Counted from the first letter of the stretch, positions 1 to 9,650 are shown. The stretch: 45,524 nucleotides of DNA from Acidobacteriota bacterium (GCA_003222305.1 QHVQ01000009.1:1-45524), one strand, 5' to 3'. Translations and numbers: made by a program. The notes: a model not told the origin generated them from the letters alone.

Positions 1-193
1 CTTCTTCCCCTCCCTCGCCCAGAGGCCGCATTCCGCCAGCCAGTCGGCGACGGTGCCCTGCTCCGTCGACCGGAGGCCGCATCTCGGCGAGGGAATCGGC
101 GCGCAGGGTGAGCAGATCGGCTTTCCTCCCATGCAGTCCCCGCCACCGCCACTTATCTCGGTTCGCCGGCCAAGCAGGGGGCCGGTGTCTCAT
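1..193 (-). CDS. Possible 5' end of a gene running off the left edge (unknown product)
   Basis: ATG at 193-191 preceded by strong SD (GGGGAGGAG); frame open to position 1; translation not recognisable. Confidence 0.25.
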   Translation of the reverse strand, partial: MRHRPPAWPANRDKWRWRGLHGRKADLLTLRADSLAEMRPPVDGAGHRRRLAGGMRPLGEGGEE

Positions 194-486
194 GTCTCCT
201 CCCCTGAATCTATGAACAGCGCGTTTCTGCGCTCCCTGAAAACTCCCGTAGGATTCAGGCGGAGCTTACGTCGGGCGCCGCGCACCCTGCGAAAACGCAT
301 GCAGAGCCCTCGTTCTTGCGATTAGCAGTTCATTCTCCATGGTCGAGGGGGACTTGTTGCGTGCGGGAAGCAGGGGCGCCACGGGTCCAAGCGCGACCAT
401 GAAAGCCCCGTGAATGGCTTGCAGTTCCGACCCGAACAAGAACGTCCCCACGATACCACGACCCGGCTCATCCACTTCCTTCGAGT

Positions 487-843
487 TCATCGATCCGGAT
501 AGGTAGCCGTGACTACGGTGTGGATGCCACCCCGGATCTTGAAGTCTCCCACCACGCGCATGCGAAGGGGCCGGCAGGCCTCGACGAGATCCTCGAGGAT
601 TCGGTTGGTGACGTCCTCGTGGAACGCTCCTTCATCGCGGAAGGACCAGAGGTAGAGCTTCAGGGATTTCAGCTCCAAGCACAGTTCGGACGGGGTGTAT
701 GTAATGTGGATGGTGGCGAAATCGGGCTGCCCCGTTCGTGGGCAAAGACAGGTGAACTCGGGGCACTCGAAGCTAATCTCGTACTCACGTCCCGTTCGCG
801 GGTTAGGGAACACCTCCAGGCTGCGACCGGGTAGGCTGGGCAA
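487..843 (-). CDS. queF: NADPH-dependent 7-cyano-7-deazaguanine (preQ0) reductase, short unimodular type
   Basis: [32 protein letters not shown] and RGGI motifs; start moved to TTG 843 behind SD AGGAGGAGG. Confidence 0.95.
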   Translation of the reverse strand: MPSLPGRSLEVFPNPRTGREYEISFECPEFTCLCPRTGQPDFATIHITYTPSELCLELKSLKLYLWSFRDEGAFHEDVTNRILEDLVEACRPLRMRVVGDFKIRGGIHTVVTATYPDR

Positions 844-867
844 GTGTACCTCCTCCTGGTAAGCTGC

Positions 868-896
868 ATTATAGGATTCAATCTCCAAAGCGTCAT
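868..896 (-). promoter_or_regulatory. Sigma70-type promoter for queF
   Basis: ATGACG-17 nt-TATAAT on minus strand just upstream of the SD. Confidence 0.6.
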
Positions 897-998
897 GTAG
901 ACGAGGACAGCCCAGTCCCAGGGCAGGCACACCGGCCTCCTCATTCCTGGTTGAGTTCCGCAGCCTGAGACAAATCAGGACCTCTGGCTAAAGTGACC

Positions 999-1015
999 TA
1001 TTGACCCAGTCAATA
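999..1015. promoter_or_regulatory. Perfect 7-3-7 palindrome, candidate operator
   Basis: TATTGAC-CCA-GTCAATA in the queF/hsp20 divergent intergenic region. Confidence 0.45.
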
Positions 1016-1076
1016 CATGCTTAATTACTTGTATTTAAACGTATTACAAAAATATACATTTTCTAACTAATAAGAC

Positions 1077-1105
1077 TTGACAATCTCACACTAATAGCCT
1101 ATCTT
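1077..1105 (+). promoter_or_regulatory. Sigma70-type promoter for hsp20
   Basis: TTGACA-17 nt-TATCTT preceded by a very AT-rich tract (about 1020-1075, UP-element-like). Confidence 0.75.
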
Positions 1106-1158
1106 GTGCAGCGAACAAAGGAGGCCGGAGCGGTCTCTAACTCAAAGGGAGGTATATT

Positions 1159-1605
1159 ATGGCACTGGTCAGGTTCCAGCCCTTCGTGGATGACTTTCAG
1201 GCACTCCAGGACAGAATCAATCGGATCTTCCAGGACACCTCAGTTTCGCGCTTCGGTGGCGATGAAACCATGGGGGCCTGGACTCCCCTCTGTGACATTT
1301 ATGAGGAGGGGGACAACATCGTAGTCAAAGCGGAACTCCCGGGAGTCGACAAGAGCAACATCGATGTCCAGGTCGAGAACAACGTCCTGACGCTCAGGGG
1401 CGAAAGGAAGCGCGACAACGAAGTGAAATCCGAGAATCTCTACCGCACCGAGCGCTTCTTCGGCGCGTTCACCCGTTCCTTCACGCTTCCCGTTAGCGTG
1501 GATACGGAAAAGATCCGGGCGGAGTACAAAGACGGGGTGCTACAGGTGTTCCTCCCCAAAGTGGAGGAAGCGAGGCCTCGCAAGATTAAGGTCTTGACTT
1601 CATAA
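1159..1605 (+). CDS. Small heat shock protein, Hsp20/alpha-crystallin family
   Basis: ELPGVDK, ERFFGAFTRSFTLP and AEYKDGVLQVFLPK motifs plus C-terminal IKV (IxI/V); SD GGGAGG. Confidence 0.95.
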   Translation: MALVRFQPFVDDFQALQDRINRIFQDTSVSRFGGDETMGAWTPLCDIYEEGDNIVVKAELPGVDKSNIDVQVENNVLTLRGERKRDNEVKSENLYRTERFFGAFTRSFTLPVSVDTEKIRAEYKDGVLQVFLPKVEEARPRKIKVLTS

Positions 1606-1632
1606 GGTCTGCTTCTGCTTCGCTTGACAGGC

Positions 1633-1674
1633 GACCCCTTGCCGGTAACAGTCTTCCGGCGAGGGGTCTTTTTT
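1633..1674 (+). terminator. Rho-independent terminator after hsp20
   Basis: GACCCCTTGCCGG...CCGGCGAGGGGTC stem followed by TTTTTT. Confidence 0.85.
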
Positions 1675-2031
1675 AGGACCATTAAGGCCGCTCCTCGACA
1701 GCGTCCGGGCAGTACCTTCATTCCAAAGACAAAGGGGAGCGCCAGGCAGGCCACAAGAGCACAGGTAGGTCAGATCGATGTGCACAGACTCCGCGCACTG
1801 ACATGCAGGTGATACGAAAATAGGTCACGGGCCTGGTGCACAGACTTGCCATGGGATGCCCCAAAAAAGCCGATCTGCTCAGGCGTGCAAGAGCAGCGAC
1901 GGAACCGACCTGTATCGACGACATCCCAGACCGCAGGTGATAAAGTCCAAGGGCGGATGCCTAGATACCCCGGGGTGGCTGAGAACGCGCAGTAGCACGA
2001 GGCGACCCCGGCTTGGTGAGGGGACCTTGAT

Positions 2032-2850
2032 TCAGGCTCCGTACAGTCGCTCGGCTCCCGCGTACACCTGCATCGTCCGTCCCCGGAGGAATCCCGCGAG
2101 CAGCATCCCGGCTTCCCTTGCCAGGTCCACCGAAAGGCTCGAGGCGCCAGAAATGCCCGCCAGGGCTGGAATCCCGGCCATGAGGGCCTTCTGGGTTATT
2201 TCGAAGGAGAGTCGCCCGCTCACAAGAAGCAGGTGAGCCTTCACCGGCACCCCCTCGTCGAGAAACGCAGAACCCACCACCTTGTCCACGGCGTTGTGTC
2301 GCCCCACATCTTCCATCAGCACCCGGAGACGGCCCTCCGGGGTGAACAGGGCCGCGGCGTGAAGGGCCCCCGTTTCGCAGAAGATTCCCTGGGAGCTCCG
2401 AAGCAGATCGGGAAGGGCATAAAGGACTTCCGGATCGAACCGAGACGGGTCGTTCAAGGAAGACGCAGCCTGCCGAACCGCATCGATGCTGGAGCGCCCG
2501 CAGATGCCACAGGAAGAGGAGACATAGAAACGTCGCTGCCACCCCTCATCGGGAGGCGGCGCCCCGGGGTCTGTGAGCACGTTCACCACGTTGCCTCGCC
2601 GATCCTCACCTTCCTCTTCACAGTGGACGATGGCACCCACTTGAAAGGCGCTCGTAAGAATCCCTTCGGTGAACAGGAAGCCAGCTGCCAGCTGGAAGTC
2701 GTGTCCTGGGGTCCGCATGGTCACGGCTACCGGCTTGCCGTTGAGCCGGATCTCGAGGGGCTCCTCTACGACGAGCGGATCTCGTCCTTTCAGGCGTTGG
2801 GTGCCATCCCAACGAACGGAGTCGACTCGACGTATGGGCTGCAGGCTCAT
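2032..2850 (-). CDS. fdhD: Formate dehydrogenase accessory sulfurtransferase FdhD
   Basis: VEEPLEI, TMRTPG, SSCGICG, TGALHAA, EDVGRHNAVDK motifs. Confidence 0.95.
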   Translation of the reverse strand: MSLQPIRRVDSVRWDGTQRLKGRDPLVVEEPLEIRLNGKPVAVTMRTPGHDFQLAAGFLFTEGILTSAFQVGAIVHCEEEGEDRRGNVVNVLTDPGAPPPDEGWQRRFYVSSSCGICGRSSIDAVRQAASSLNDPSRFDPEVLYALPDLLRSSQGIFCETGALHAAALFTPEGRLRVLMEDVGRHNAVDKVVGSAFLDEGVPVKAHLLLVSGRLSFEITQKALMAGIPALAGISGASSLSVDLAREAGMLLAGFLRGRTMQVYAGAERLYGA

Positions 2851-2929
2851 CAGGGGACCGCTAGCTTATTCCGCCGAAAGCATAGCACGCGTTTCGGAGA
2901 GTTTTGGGAGTTATCGCTTGTTCCGGATC

Positions 2930-3826
2930 TCAATGTCCCAATACAGTCCAGAAATCACCCTTGAGGTTGAAGTAGAGATAAGCAAGGGGGTGTGAGAAAT
3001 CCAGGGCCTGGAGGGTCGAGAGGATTCGCCCGTCGTAGGTGAGCTGGTCCACCACGAACGGAGCGGCCGCCAGAAGGTCGGCCACGGCATGGCTGCGCGG
3101 ACATGGCTCCACGCGATTCTCCAAGGCCTTGAAAATTCGGTAAATGCCGGCGATAGGAAAGCTCCCCCGAACGGGCCCGCCTCCCTGGAAGGTCCCCCGA
3201 AACGGAGTGCCTACGACCCGAAAGGCCCCTCCCAGCCTCCGCACCAGACTCAAGTCGTCGCTGAGTACCTCCCCCTTGCTGGATGTCGCGGCCAGTGTGG
3301 ATTTTCCACTGCCCGACGCTCCCACGAAGAGATATCCCCGACCTTCCACCGCGAGACTCGCCGCGTGGAGAAGCGCCCCCCCCTCGGCCACAGCCAGCCA
3401 TGCGGTACAGACTCGTAGGTAGTTCTCCACGCACCAGGGTGCTTTCTCGAATTCCGCGCGCGCCAGTGCCATCTCGCCGCGCCGCTGCTCAATGGAGATC
3501 CAGCCCGCAAAGCCGAAGGACTGCACCAAAAGGATTGGCCCTTCCCATCTTAGGCTCAGTGGATGCGGCGCGCCCGCAGGCACCAGGTCCGGCAAGACGA
3601 AGTGGTTCATCTCCACGCTCAGCAATCGCACTCGAAACGCTTCCTTGGCTCCACTCCCCGAGAACTGGTCATAGCGGTCCGCCAGCAGCTCGCCCAGCAC
3701 CGAATCTGCTCCCACCAAGGAGAATTCCCAGCCCCCGATGTTCACCCCTAGCGGCGGCTCGCTCCCGCGGCTCGAGAGGTTCGCGAAGAAGGATTGCGGG
3801 GGAGGCGGGAAGCGGTTCAGAGTCAA
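2930..3826 (-). CDS. HprK-related P-loop kinase-like protein
   Basis: LLHAASL...LFVGASGSGKSTLA (Walker A) and LSDD signature of the HPr kinase/PEPCK-like fold; SD GAGGTG before TTG. Confidence 0.75.
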   Translation of the reverse strand: MTLNRFPPPPQSFFANLSSRGSEPPLGVNIGGWEFSLVGADSVLGELLADRYDQFSGSGAKEAFRVRLLSVEMNHFVLPDLVPAGAPHPLSLRWEGPILLVQSFGFAGWISIEQRRGEMALARAEFEKAPWCVENYLRVCTAWLAVAEGGALLHAASLAVEGRGYLFVGASGSGKSTLAATSSKGEVLSDDLSLVRRLGGAFRVVGTPFRGTFQGGGPVRGSFPIAGIYRIFKALENRVEPCPRSHAVADLLAAAPFVVDQLTYDGRILSTLQALDFSHPLAYLYFNLKGDFWTVLGH

Positions 3827-3844
3827 ATTGTCACCTCGAGGACT

Positions 3845-4399
3845 TCAATGTGGCCCTCTTCCCGACATCGCCACCAGCCTCGCGACTACAACGAAACGGC
3901 GAGGAGCGGGCCCTATGTAGTGGAAAGGATAGCAAGTCACCAGCGTGAGGACAGGCTGGTCACCCGGATCCAAGACCGATGTCTTCGAAGGATCGATTAC
4001 TTGGGCGGATTCCACTTGATAAACGGCGGTTCCATTTGCCCCTTCCAGGTCCACCCTGTCGCCGGGGCGAAGGGAGCCCAGGTGACGAAAGTGGAGGTCC
4101 CGATGGCCCGCGATGATGCAATTCTCGGGCTGCCCCGGAAGCGCCGATCCGACAAGATGCCCCGGCGCTCTTAGCAGATCACGCGGCTCAGTCCCCTCGA
4201 TGACGGTGACACTCAAACCGATTTTTTGAATCCGGAGGCGGGCGAATGGAAAACCGGTAGGGGGTCCCGCACCATGAAGCCGGGTGGCCGCTGGTAGGAC
4301 CTCCTCAGCATGGCTGGCCTGCCAAGCCGGCGAATGAAGATAGCCTGTGAGCGCCACCGCGAGGACGGCGGCGCCCGCCAGGACCAGTACGGCACCCAC
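3845..4399 (-). CDS. Sortase (class D-like)
   Basis: N-terminal hydrophobic anchor; catalytic His (AGHRD), Cys (TLVTCYPF) and Arg (PRRFVV); start uncertain, frame open up to about 4447. Confidence 0.92.
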   Translation of the reverse strand: MGAVLVLAGAAVLAVALTGYLHSPAWQASHAEEVLPAATRLHGAGPPTGFPFARLRIQKIGLSVTVIEGTEPRDLLRAPGHLVGSALPGQPENCIIAGHRDLHFRHLGSLRPGDRVDLEGANGTAVYQVESAQVIDPSKTSVLDPGDQPVLTLVTCYPFHYIGPAPRRFVVVARLVAMSGRGPH

Positions 4400-4430
4400 C
4401 AGGGCGCTAGGGCTTCTCAGGGAAAGCGCT

Positions 4431-5027
4431 CTATGCGGCGTTCTGCCTCAGCAAGAGCACACCTATTCCCGTCAAAACGAGACCCGAAAGAGCCAGCAGC
4501 GGAAGAGAGCTCCCGGTGGCTGGCATGGATCTCGATGGCTTCTCCTCGGAGGGCTCCTGCGCCGCCGGCTCGGGCGTCGCCGACTCTTGCGCCGGGACCT
4601 CCTTCACCTCCGCCGGTGCAGGGGTAGGATTCGGCACGCGAGGGGCCTCGGCCACTTCGGGCTTCGGCGTTGAAGCGGTCTCGACGGTCGAAGGCTCGCT
4701 GAGAGCCTCGCCTTCCCCTCCCCACGGATATTCAAGATGGTGGCTGGTCAGACTCTGGTAGGTCTCATCATCCAGGAGTCCCCGGTCATTCAGTGAATGA
4801 GCCGATTGGTACTGCGAGAGAGCGCGCTGGGTGTGCCCGTCGAGGATCCCAGGGGTGAAAGCTCCCTGAGACAGATACCCTTCCCTCACCAGTACTTCCT
4901 GAGCTTGCAGAGTGTCCGCGCTGTTGTTGAAGACGTGGCTGTCCTCCGCCCAGAGTGGCGCCATACCAAAGACCAGCAGCAACCCGGCGGTCATGGCGAT
5001 CATTCGGATGATTCGTGCTTTTCTCAT
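4431..5027 (-). CDS. Secreted peptidoglycan-binding protein with LPXTG-like sorting signal (sortase substrate)
   Basis: Signal peptide; PG_binding_1-like repeat (GILDGHTQRALSQYQ...GLLDDET); P/E/A-rich linker; MPATG (4512-4526), TM helix and RQ tail. Confidence 0.85.
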   Translation of the reverse strand: MRKARIIRMIAMTAGLLLVFGMAPLWAEDSHVFNNSADTLQAQEVLVREGYLSQGAFTPGILDGHTQRALSQYQSAHSLNDRGLLDDETYQSLTSHHLEYPWGGEGEALSEPSTVETASTPKPEVAEAPRVPNPTPAPAEVKEVPAQESATPEPAAQEPSEEKPSRSMPATGSSLPLLALSGLVLTGIGVLLLRQNAA

Positions 5028-5363
5028 CTTTCCTCCTTCCCGGCGAAGTTACGCTCACGCCTCGGCCCGGTTTTCCGCACTGCGTGGGTGATCCTTTGTC
5101 CCTAGTTCGGCTTAATGTATCATGCGCCGAATCATCGCTTCAAGATCATTTCCCCTCAAGACGCGCTGAGGGATGCGCCGGGTATGCTATGATGCGCCGC
5201 GTTTGGCAGGCAATCATGGAGGCTTGTGTCATCCTTGGCACGTTCGCCCCCGATGCTGATGCGGCCATCGAATCTGTCCGGATGCGCTTGATAACCCGAT
5301 CGTTCCCATCCTCCTACGGGTCTCCCTGACCCGATGATCGGGCGATTTTCTTAGGCCCCGCTG

Positions 5364-6329
5364 ATGCAAGCACCCTCATGGGAAGACGCCCGGAAAGCCC
5401 GCGAAGTTGTCAGCCGCGCCTTGCACCGAACTCCGCTGGTGGGGTCCGAGACGCTCAGCCGACTCACAGGCCACCGGGTCCAGCTCAAGCTGGAAAATCT
5501 GCAGAAAACGGGCTCCTTCAAGCCGCGGGGCGCGCTGAATCACATGGCTGCTCTTTCTCCCGAAGCGAAGGTGCGGGGCGTGATCACCATCTCCGCTGGT
5601 AATCATGCACAGGGAGTGGCTTATGCGGCGAAGGTCCTGGGACTCAGCGCCACGGTCGTGATGCCCGAGAGCGCTTCCCCGACCAAGGCGGAGGCGGCCC
5701 GCGGCTACGGGGCCGAAGTGATCCTGCACGGTGACGTGGCGGCCGCCTTCGCGAAGGTGCGGGAGTTGGAGCGTGATCGAGGGTTGCATTTCGTCCATCC
5801 CTTTGATGACCCGAGGGTCGTGGCCGGCCAGGCGACTCTTGGGATGGAAATCGTCGAGGACTTACCCGACTTGGATGCGGTTTTGGTGGGCATCGGTGGC
5901 GGGGGACTCATCTCGGGTGTGGCCTGGGCAGTGAAGGAGCTGCGTCCCGGGGCACGGGTGATTGGGGTGGAGCCGGAGGGAGCCGACACGATGCATCGGA
6001 GCCGCCGGGAGGGAAAGCCTGCGCGGCTCGAGAAGACGACCACCATCGCAGACGGCCTTGCCGCCCCATTCGCGGGGGAACTCAATTTCTGCTTGGTGGA
6101 GCGTTACGTGGATGAGCTGGTTCGAGTCACCGACTCGGAGATAGTGATGGCCATGCGGCTCCTCTTCGAGCGGTGCAAGACCGTGGCGGAGCCGGCGGGG
6201 GCCGCTGCCCTCGGCGCATTGCTGGCGCGGAAGATCTCGCTGAACCCTGAAAGCCGCGTCTGTTGCGTGATCAGCGGCGGTAACGTCGGAGCGGACGCGC
6301 TCGCCAGCCTGTTCAGCCTCCCGGCCTGA
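5364..6329 (+). CDS. PLP-dependent threonine/serine dehydratase (short form, no regulatory domain)
   Basis: KLENLQKTGSFKPRG, SAGNHAQG, GGGGL, EPAGA, SGGN motifs. Confidence 0.9.
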   Translation: MQAPSWEDARKAREVVSRALHRTPLVGSETLSRLTGHRVQLKLENLQKTGSFKPRGALNHMAALSPEAKVRGVITISAGNHAQGVAYAAKVLGLSATVVMPESASPTKAEAARGYGAEVILHGDVAAAFAKVRELERDRGLHFVHPFDDPRVVAGQATLGMEIVEDLPDLDAVLVGIGGGGLISGVAWAVKELRPGARVIGVEPEGADTMHRSRREGKPARLEKTTTIADGLAAPFAGELNFCLVERYVDELVRVTDSEIVMAMRLLFERCKTVAEPAGAAALGALLARKISLNPESRVCCVISGGNVGADALASLFSLPA

Positions 6330-6358
6330 CTCGAGCGCGACGCCGCCGACTTCGTCCG

Positions 6359-8383
6359 CTAGGGGCCCAATCTCTTTTCGATCACTTCGCGCGCCTGGCG
6401 CGCCACATTCTCCGCGGTAAAGCCGAACTGCTTCATCACGTCTTCAAGCGGCGCCGACGCTCCGAATCTAGTCATCCCTACGAACGCTCCCGCGGGTCCG
6501 ATGTAGCGCTCCCATCCCATGGAGACAGCCGCCTCGACGGCCAATCGGGGCGTGATTCTCGGTGGTAGGACACTCTCACGGTATTCGCGGGGCTGCCGCT
6601 CGAAGAGCTGCCAACTGGGAAAGCTCACCACCCGGGCTGCGACGGGGCGCTCCCCATTCTCCAGGAGTTTCTGGGCCTCGAGTGCGACGGAAACCTCGGA
6701 GCCGGAGGCCATCAGGATGAGTTGGGGCTCCGCATTGCGGGCCTCGGAGAGGATGTAGGCGCCCTTCTCCACCATGGCCGCCGGGGGGAATCGGTTCCTG
6801 TCCAGGACTGGCAGCTTTTGCCGACAAAAGACCAGCGCAACCGGACCCCCTTGGTGCCGGACGGCGATCTTCCACGCCTCCACCGTCTCGGTGGCGTCGG
6901 CCGGTCGGATTAGCACCAGGTGCGGGATGGCCCGAAGAGCCGCCAGGGATTCCACAGGCTGGTGGGTGGGGCCGTCCTCGCCCAAACCAATGCTGTCGTG
7001 CGTGAACACGTAAATCGGGCGAATCTCCATGAGCGCCGCCAGCCGGATGGAGGGACGCATGTAGTCGGAGAAAATCAGAAACGTCCCCCCGTAGGGAATC
7101 AATCCCGACAGGGCCATCCCGTTCATCATGGAGCCCATGGAGTGCTCGCGGACGCCGAACCAGATGCTCCGTCCCTGATAGTTCTCTTGCGAGAAGTCGG
7201 GAAAGCCTTTCACATAGGTCTGGGTGGAACCTCCCAGGTCCGCCGATCCACCAAGGAATTCCGGGACTTTGGCACAGAGGGATGCGATCACCTTTCCCGA
7301 GGCCTCCCGCGTGGCGAGCGGCTTGGTGTCGCCACCGAAAACTGGAAGCTCGGCGTCCCAGCCCGCCGGCAGATCTCCTCGCCAAATTCGCTCCAGTTCC
7401 CTTGCCTCGGAAGGGAAAGCTCTTTGATATCCCCTCCAGATCTCCATCCATTCCCCTTCCAGCCGGGCGCCTATCTCCAAGGACCTGCGGAAGTGGGCCA
7501 GGGCCTCCGGAGGCACCAGGAAAGTGGCCTCCTCGGGCCAGCCCAGGGCCCGCTTCGTCAGCCGGACCTCTTCGGCTCCCAGGGGCGAGCCGTGAGCCTC
7601 TGCCGAATCCTGCTTATGGGGACTCCCGTAGCCGATGTGTGTTCGGGCCAGGATCAAAGAGGGGCGGGAAACCTCCAGGCTCGCTTCGTCGAGGGCCCCC
7701 TCGACCGCCTCTAAATCGTTGCCATCGATGGCGCGGGTATGCCATCCGTAGGCCTGGAAACGCTTCTCGACGTTCTCGGTGAAGCATTTGCTAGTCGGAC
7801 CGTCCAGACATATCGAGTTCTGATCGTACAGATAGATGAGATTGCCGAGCCCGAGATGCCCCGCCAGGGAGGCGGCCTCGCTGGCAACGCCTTCCATCAA
7901 GTCCCCGTCGCTCACCAGGCCGAGGATCCGATAGTCCAGCAGCCGAAAGTCTTTCCGATTGTACCGCGCGGCGAAATACTTCTGCGCAACTGCCATCCCC
8001 ACGCCGTTACCGAATCCCTGTCCGAGGGGGCCCGTAGTGGTCTCCACTCCTGCCGTCAAGCCATGCTCGGGATGCCCGGGTGTCCGACTCCCCCATTGGC
8101 GGAAACGCTGGATTTCCTCCATGGGCAAGTCGTAACCCGTGAGGTGAAGGAGAGAATAAAGAAGCATCGACCCGTGACCCGCTGACAAAACGAAGCGGTC
8201 CCGGGCGGGCCAGAGAGGATGGGCCGGGTTGTAGCGTAGAAAACGGGTCCATAGGACATAAGCCATGGCGGCTGCTCCCATGGGAAGGCCTGGGTGTCCC
8301 GATTTCGCCTTTTCCACCGCGTCCATGCTCAACGTGCGTAGGGTATTGATGCAGAGACGATCCAAATCGTGTGAGGGCTGCAT
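6359..8383 (-). CDS. tkt: Transketolase
   Basis: [42 protein letters not shown]. Confidence 0.97.
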   Translation of the reverse strand: MQPSHDLDRLCINTLRTLSMDAVEKAKSGHPGLPMGAAAMAYVLWTRFLRYNPAHPLWPARDRFVLSAGHGSMLLYSLLHLTGYDLPMEEIQRFRQWGSRTPGHPEHGLTAGVETTTGPLGQGFGNGVGMAVAQKYFAARYNRKDFRLLDYRILGLVSDGDLMEGVASEAASLAGHLGLGNLIYLYDQNSICLDGPTSKCFTENVEKRFQAYGWHTRAIDGNDLEAVEGALDEASLEVSRPSLILARTHIGYGSPHKQDSAEAHGSPLGAEEVRLTKRALGWPEEATFLVPPEALAHFRRSLEIGARLEGEWMEIWRGYQRAFPSEARELERIWRGDLPAGWDAELPVFGGDTKPLATREASGKVIASLCAKVPEFLGGSADLGGSTQTYVKGFPDFSQENYQGRSIWFGVREHSMGSMMNGMALSGLIPYGGTFLIFSDYMRPSIRLAALMEIRPIYVFTHDSIGLGEDGPTHQPVESLAALRAIPHLVLIRPADATETVEAWKIAVRHQGGPVALVFCRQKLPVLDRNRFPPAAMVEKGAYILSEARNAEPQLILMASGSEVSVALEAQKLLENGERPVAARVVSFPSWQLFERQPREYRESVLPPRITPRLAVEAAVSMGWERYIGPAGAFVGMTRFGASAPLEDVMKQFGFTAENVARQAREVIEKRLGP

Positions 8384-8546
8384 GCCGACTCCTGCTGGCT
8401 CAGGTGGCTGTCGCGTTCAGCTCATGGTAACACATGCCATCCAACCATCCCGGGACTGGGGTCCTTTCCCGAGAGTCCGGTCCCGGGAACTTTCTCCCGG
8501 CTCCCGTCGTAGGATGGTGTGGAAACGCAACGCAGAGGAGAAAACC

Positions 8547-9650
8547 ATGTGCCGACACCTGATCGTCCTGCCTCTCGCCCTCGTCGCTATGGCACTGCTG
8601 GCCCCTCCCCTTGCGGCCGGCGAAGCTACCCGCACCGTGCGCCTGGAGCTCTCCGCGGATCGCAACGGCCCCTTCGCAGTGGAGAACCTGGCGGGGACCA
8701 TGCGGATCTCGGCCGGTCCAGGGAACAAGGTGGTGGCAGTCGCCACCCTACACGCGGAGAGTGAAGCGCTGGCGGAGGGAATGCGCCTCCAGCAAGTCAT
8801 CGGGGAGAAGGGTCTGCCGACTCTCCGGGTCGAGTACCCGCTGGCGGAGCACGAATCCCTCCGGTACCGGCCCAATGATTCCGAAGGAGAGCACCACGGG
8901 ATTTTGGAGAATTTCTTTGGCGGCACCTCCTCCCTCAAATATGCCGGCAGGAGCGTTAAGGTGAGCGGGAACAGCGGAGTTTTCATGTATGCCGACCTGG
9001 AGGTTCAACTCCCGGCTCGTCCGGTGCAGGGCACTTTTAGGAATCTGGTGGGGCGCATTACCGCCGCGGGAGTCCGGGGGACGCTTCTGTTCGACTCCGC
9101 CAGCGGCAACATCGACCTCGACAGGGTCAAGGGCACGATCAAGGCGGACACCGGCTCCGGAGATGTGAAAGCTACCGGCCTCGAGGGGACCTTTCGGTGC
9201 GACACCGGGAGCGGGAACTGCAACCTGACCGGCTTCCAAGGGGACGAGCTATCATGCGACGTGGGCTCCGGTAACATCCGGCTGAAATCTTTGCAGGCCC
9301 GCCTGCTTTCTGCCGACACCGGCTCGGGCAACGTCCGGGTGGAAGACGCCAACCTGGAGAATTTCAAAGCGGACACGGGAAGTGGCGACGTGTTGCTGGA
9401 GTCTGTGGGACCTCGCCTGGTTAAAATCAAGGCCGACACCGGGAGCGGCGACGTGGTGCTGCGATTGGCACCGGAGGCCTCATTCGAGGCGCTGGCCGAC
9501 CAGGGAAGCGGTGACTTGCGCGTGGGCTACAAGGATGCGCAGCCAATCCATAAGGGTCGTGAGGTGATAGGGTATCGTCGGGGCGACTCGAAGATTCGGA
9601 TCGACGTCAGCACCGGCAGCGGGAACCTGGATATTCGGCCGGCCCGCTGA
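8547..9650 (+). CDS. Secreted DUF4097-type beta-strand-repeat (putative adhesin) protein
   Basis: SD GAGGAG then ATG 8547; signal peptide; repeated D(T/S/V/Q)(G/A)SG-D/N units. Confidence 0.8.
   Translation: MCRHLIVLPLALVAMALLAPPLAAGEATRTVRLELSADRNGPFAVENLAGTMRISAGPGNKVVAVATLHAESEALAEGMRLQQVIGEKGLPTLRVEYPLAEHESLRYRPNDSEGEHHGILENFFGGTSSLKYAGRSVKVSGNSGVFMYADLEVQLPARPVQGTFRNLVGRITAAGVRGTLLFDSASGNIDLDRVKGTIKADTGSGDVKATGLEGTFRCDTGSGNCNLTGFQGDELSCDVGSGNIRLKSLQARLLSADTGSGNVRVEDANLENFKADTGSGDVLLESVGPRLVKIKADTGSGDVVLRLAPEASFEALADQGSGDLRVGYKDAQPIHKGREVIGYRRGDSKIRIDVSTGSGNLDIRPAR
9090..9630 (+). repeat. Coding repeat: about 9 copies of a DTGSG-like turn, mostly at about 19-aa spacing
   Basis: DSASG, DTGSG x5, DVGSG, DQGSG and STGSG in the translation. 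Confidence 0.8.

Noticed and set aside
266-490. 74-aa ORF overlapping the queF stop (ATGA)
   Set aside because: No recognisable motif and weak coding appearance; overlap alone is insufficient
844-960. preQ1 riboswitch upstream of queF
   Set aside because: The predicted promoter sits right before the SD, leaving too short a leader; no preQ1 motif seen
1076-1158. HAIR/CIRCE operator or ROSE thermometer for hsp20
   Set aside because: Only partial half-site matches; the leader hairpin does not cover the SD next to the ATG
2930-3826. Lasso peptide or other RiPP cluster around the HprK-like kinase
   Set aside because: No precursor, PqqD/RRE, peptidase or cyclase nearby
8265-8546. N-terminal extensions in the ORF track (also 844-930, 10189-10287, 29933-30025, 41854-42069)
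   Set aside because: They overlap neighbouring genes or promoters; downstream starts have better SD or domain boundaries
9090-9630. CRISPR-like array suggested by recurring GACACCGG motifs
   Set aside because: Degenerate in-frame codon repeats of DTGSG; no cas genes or repeat-spacer structure
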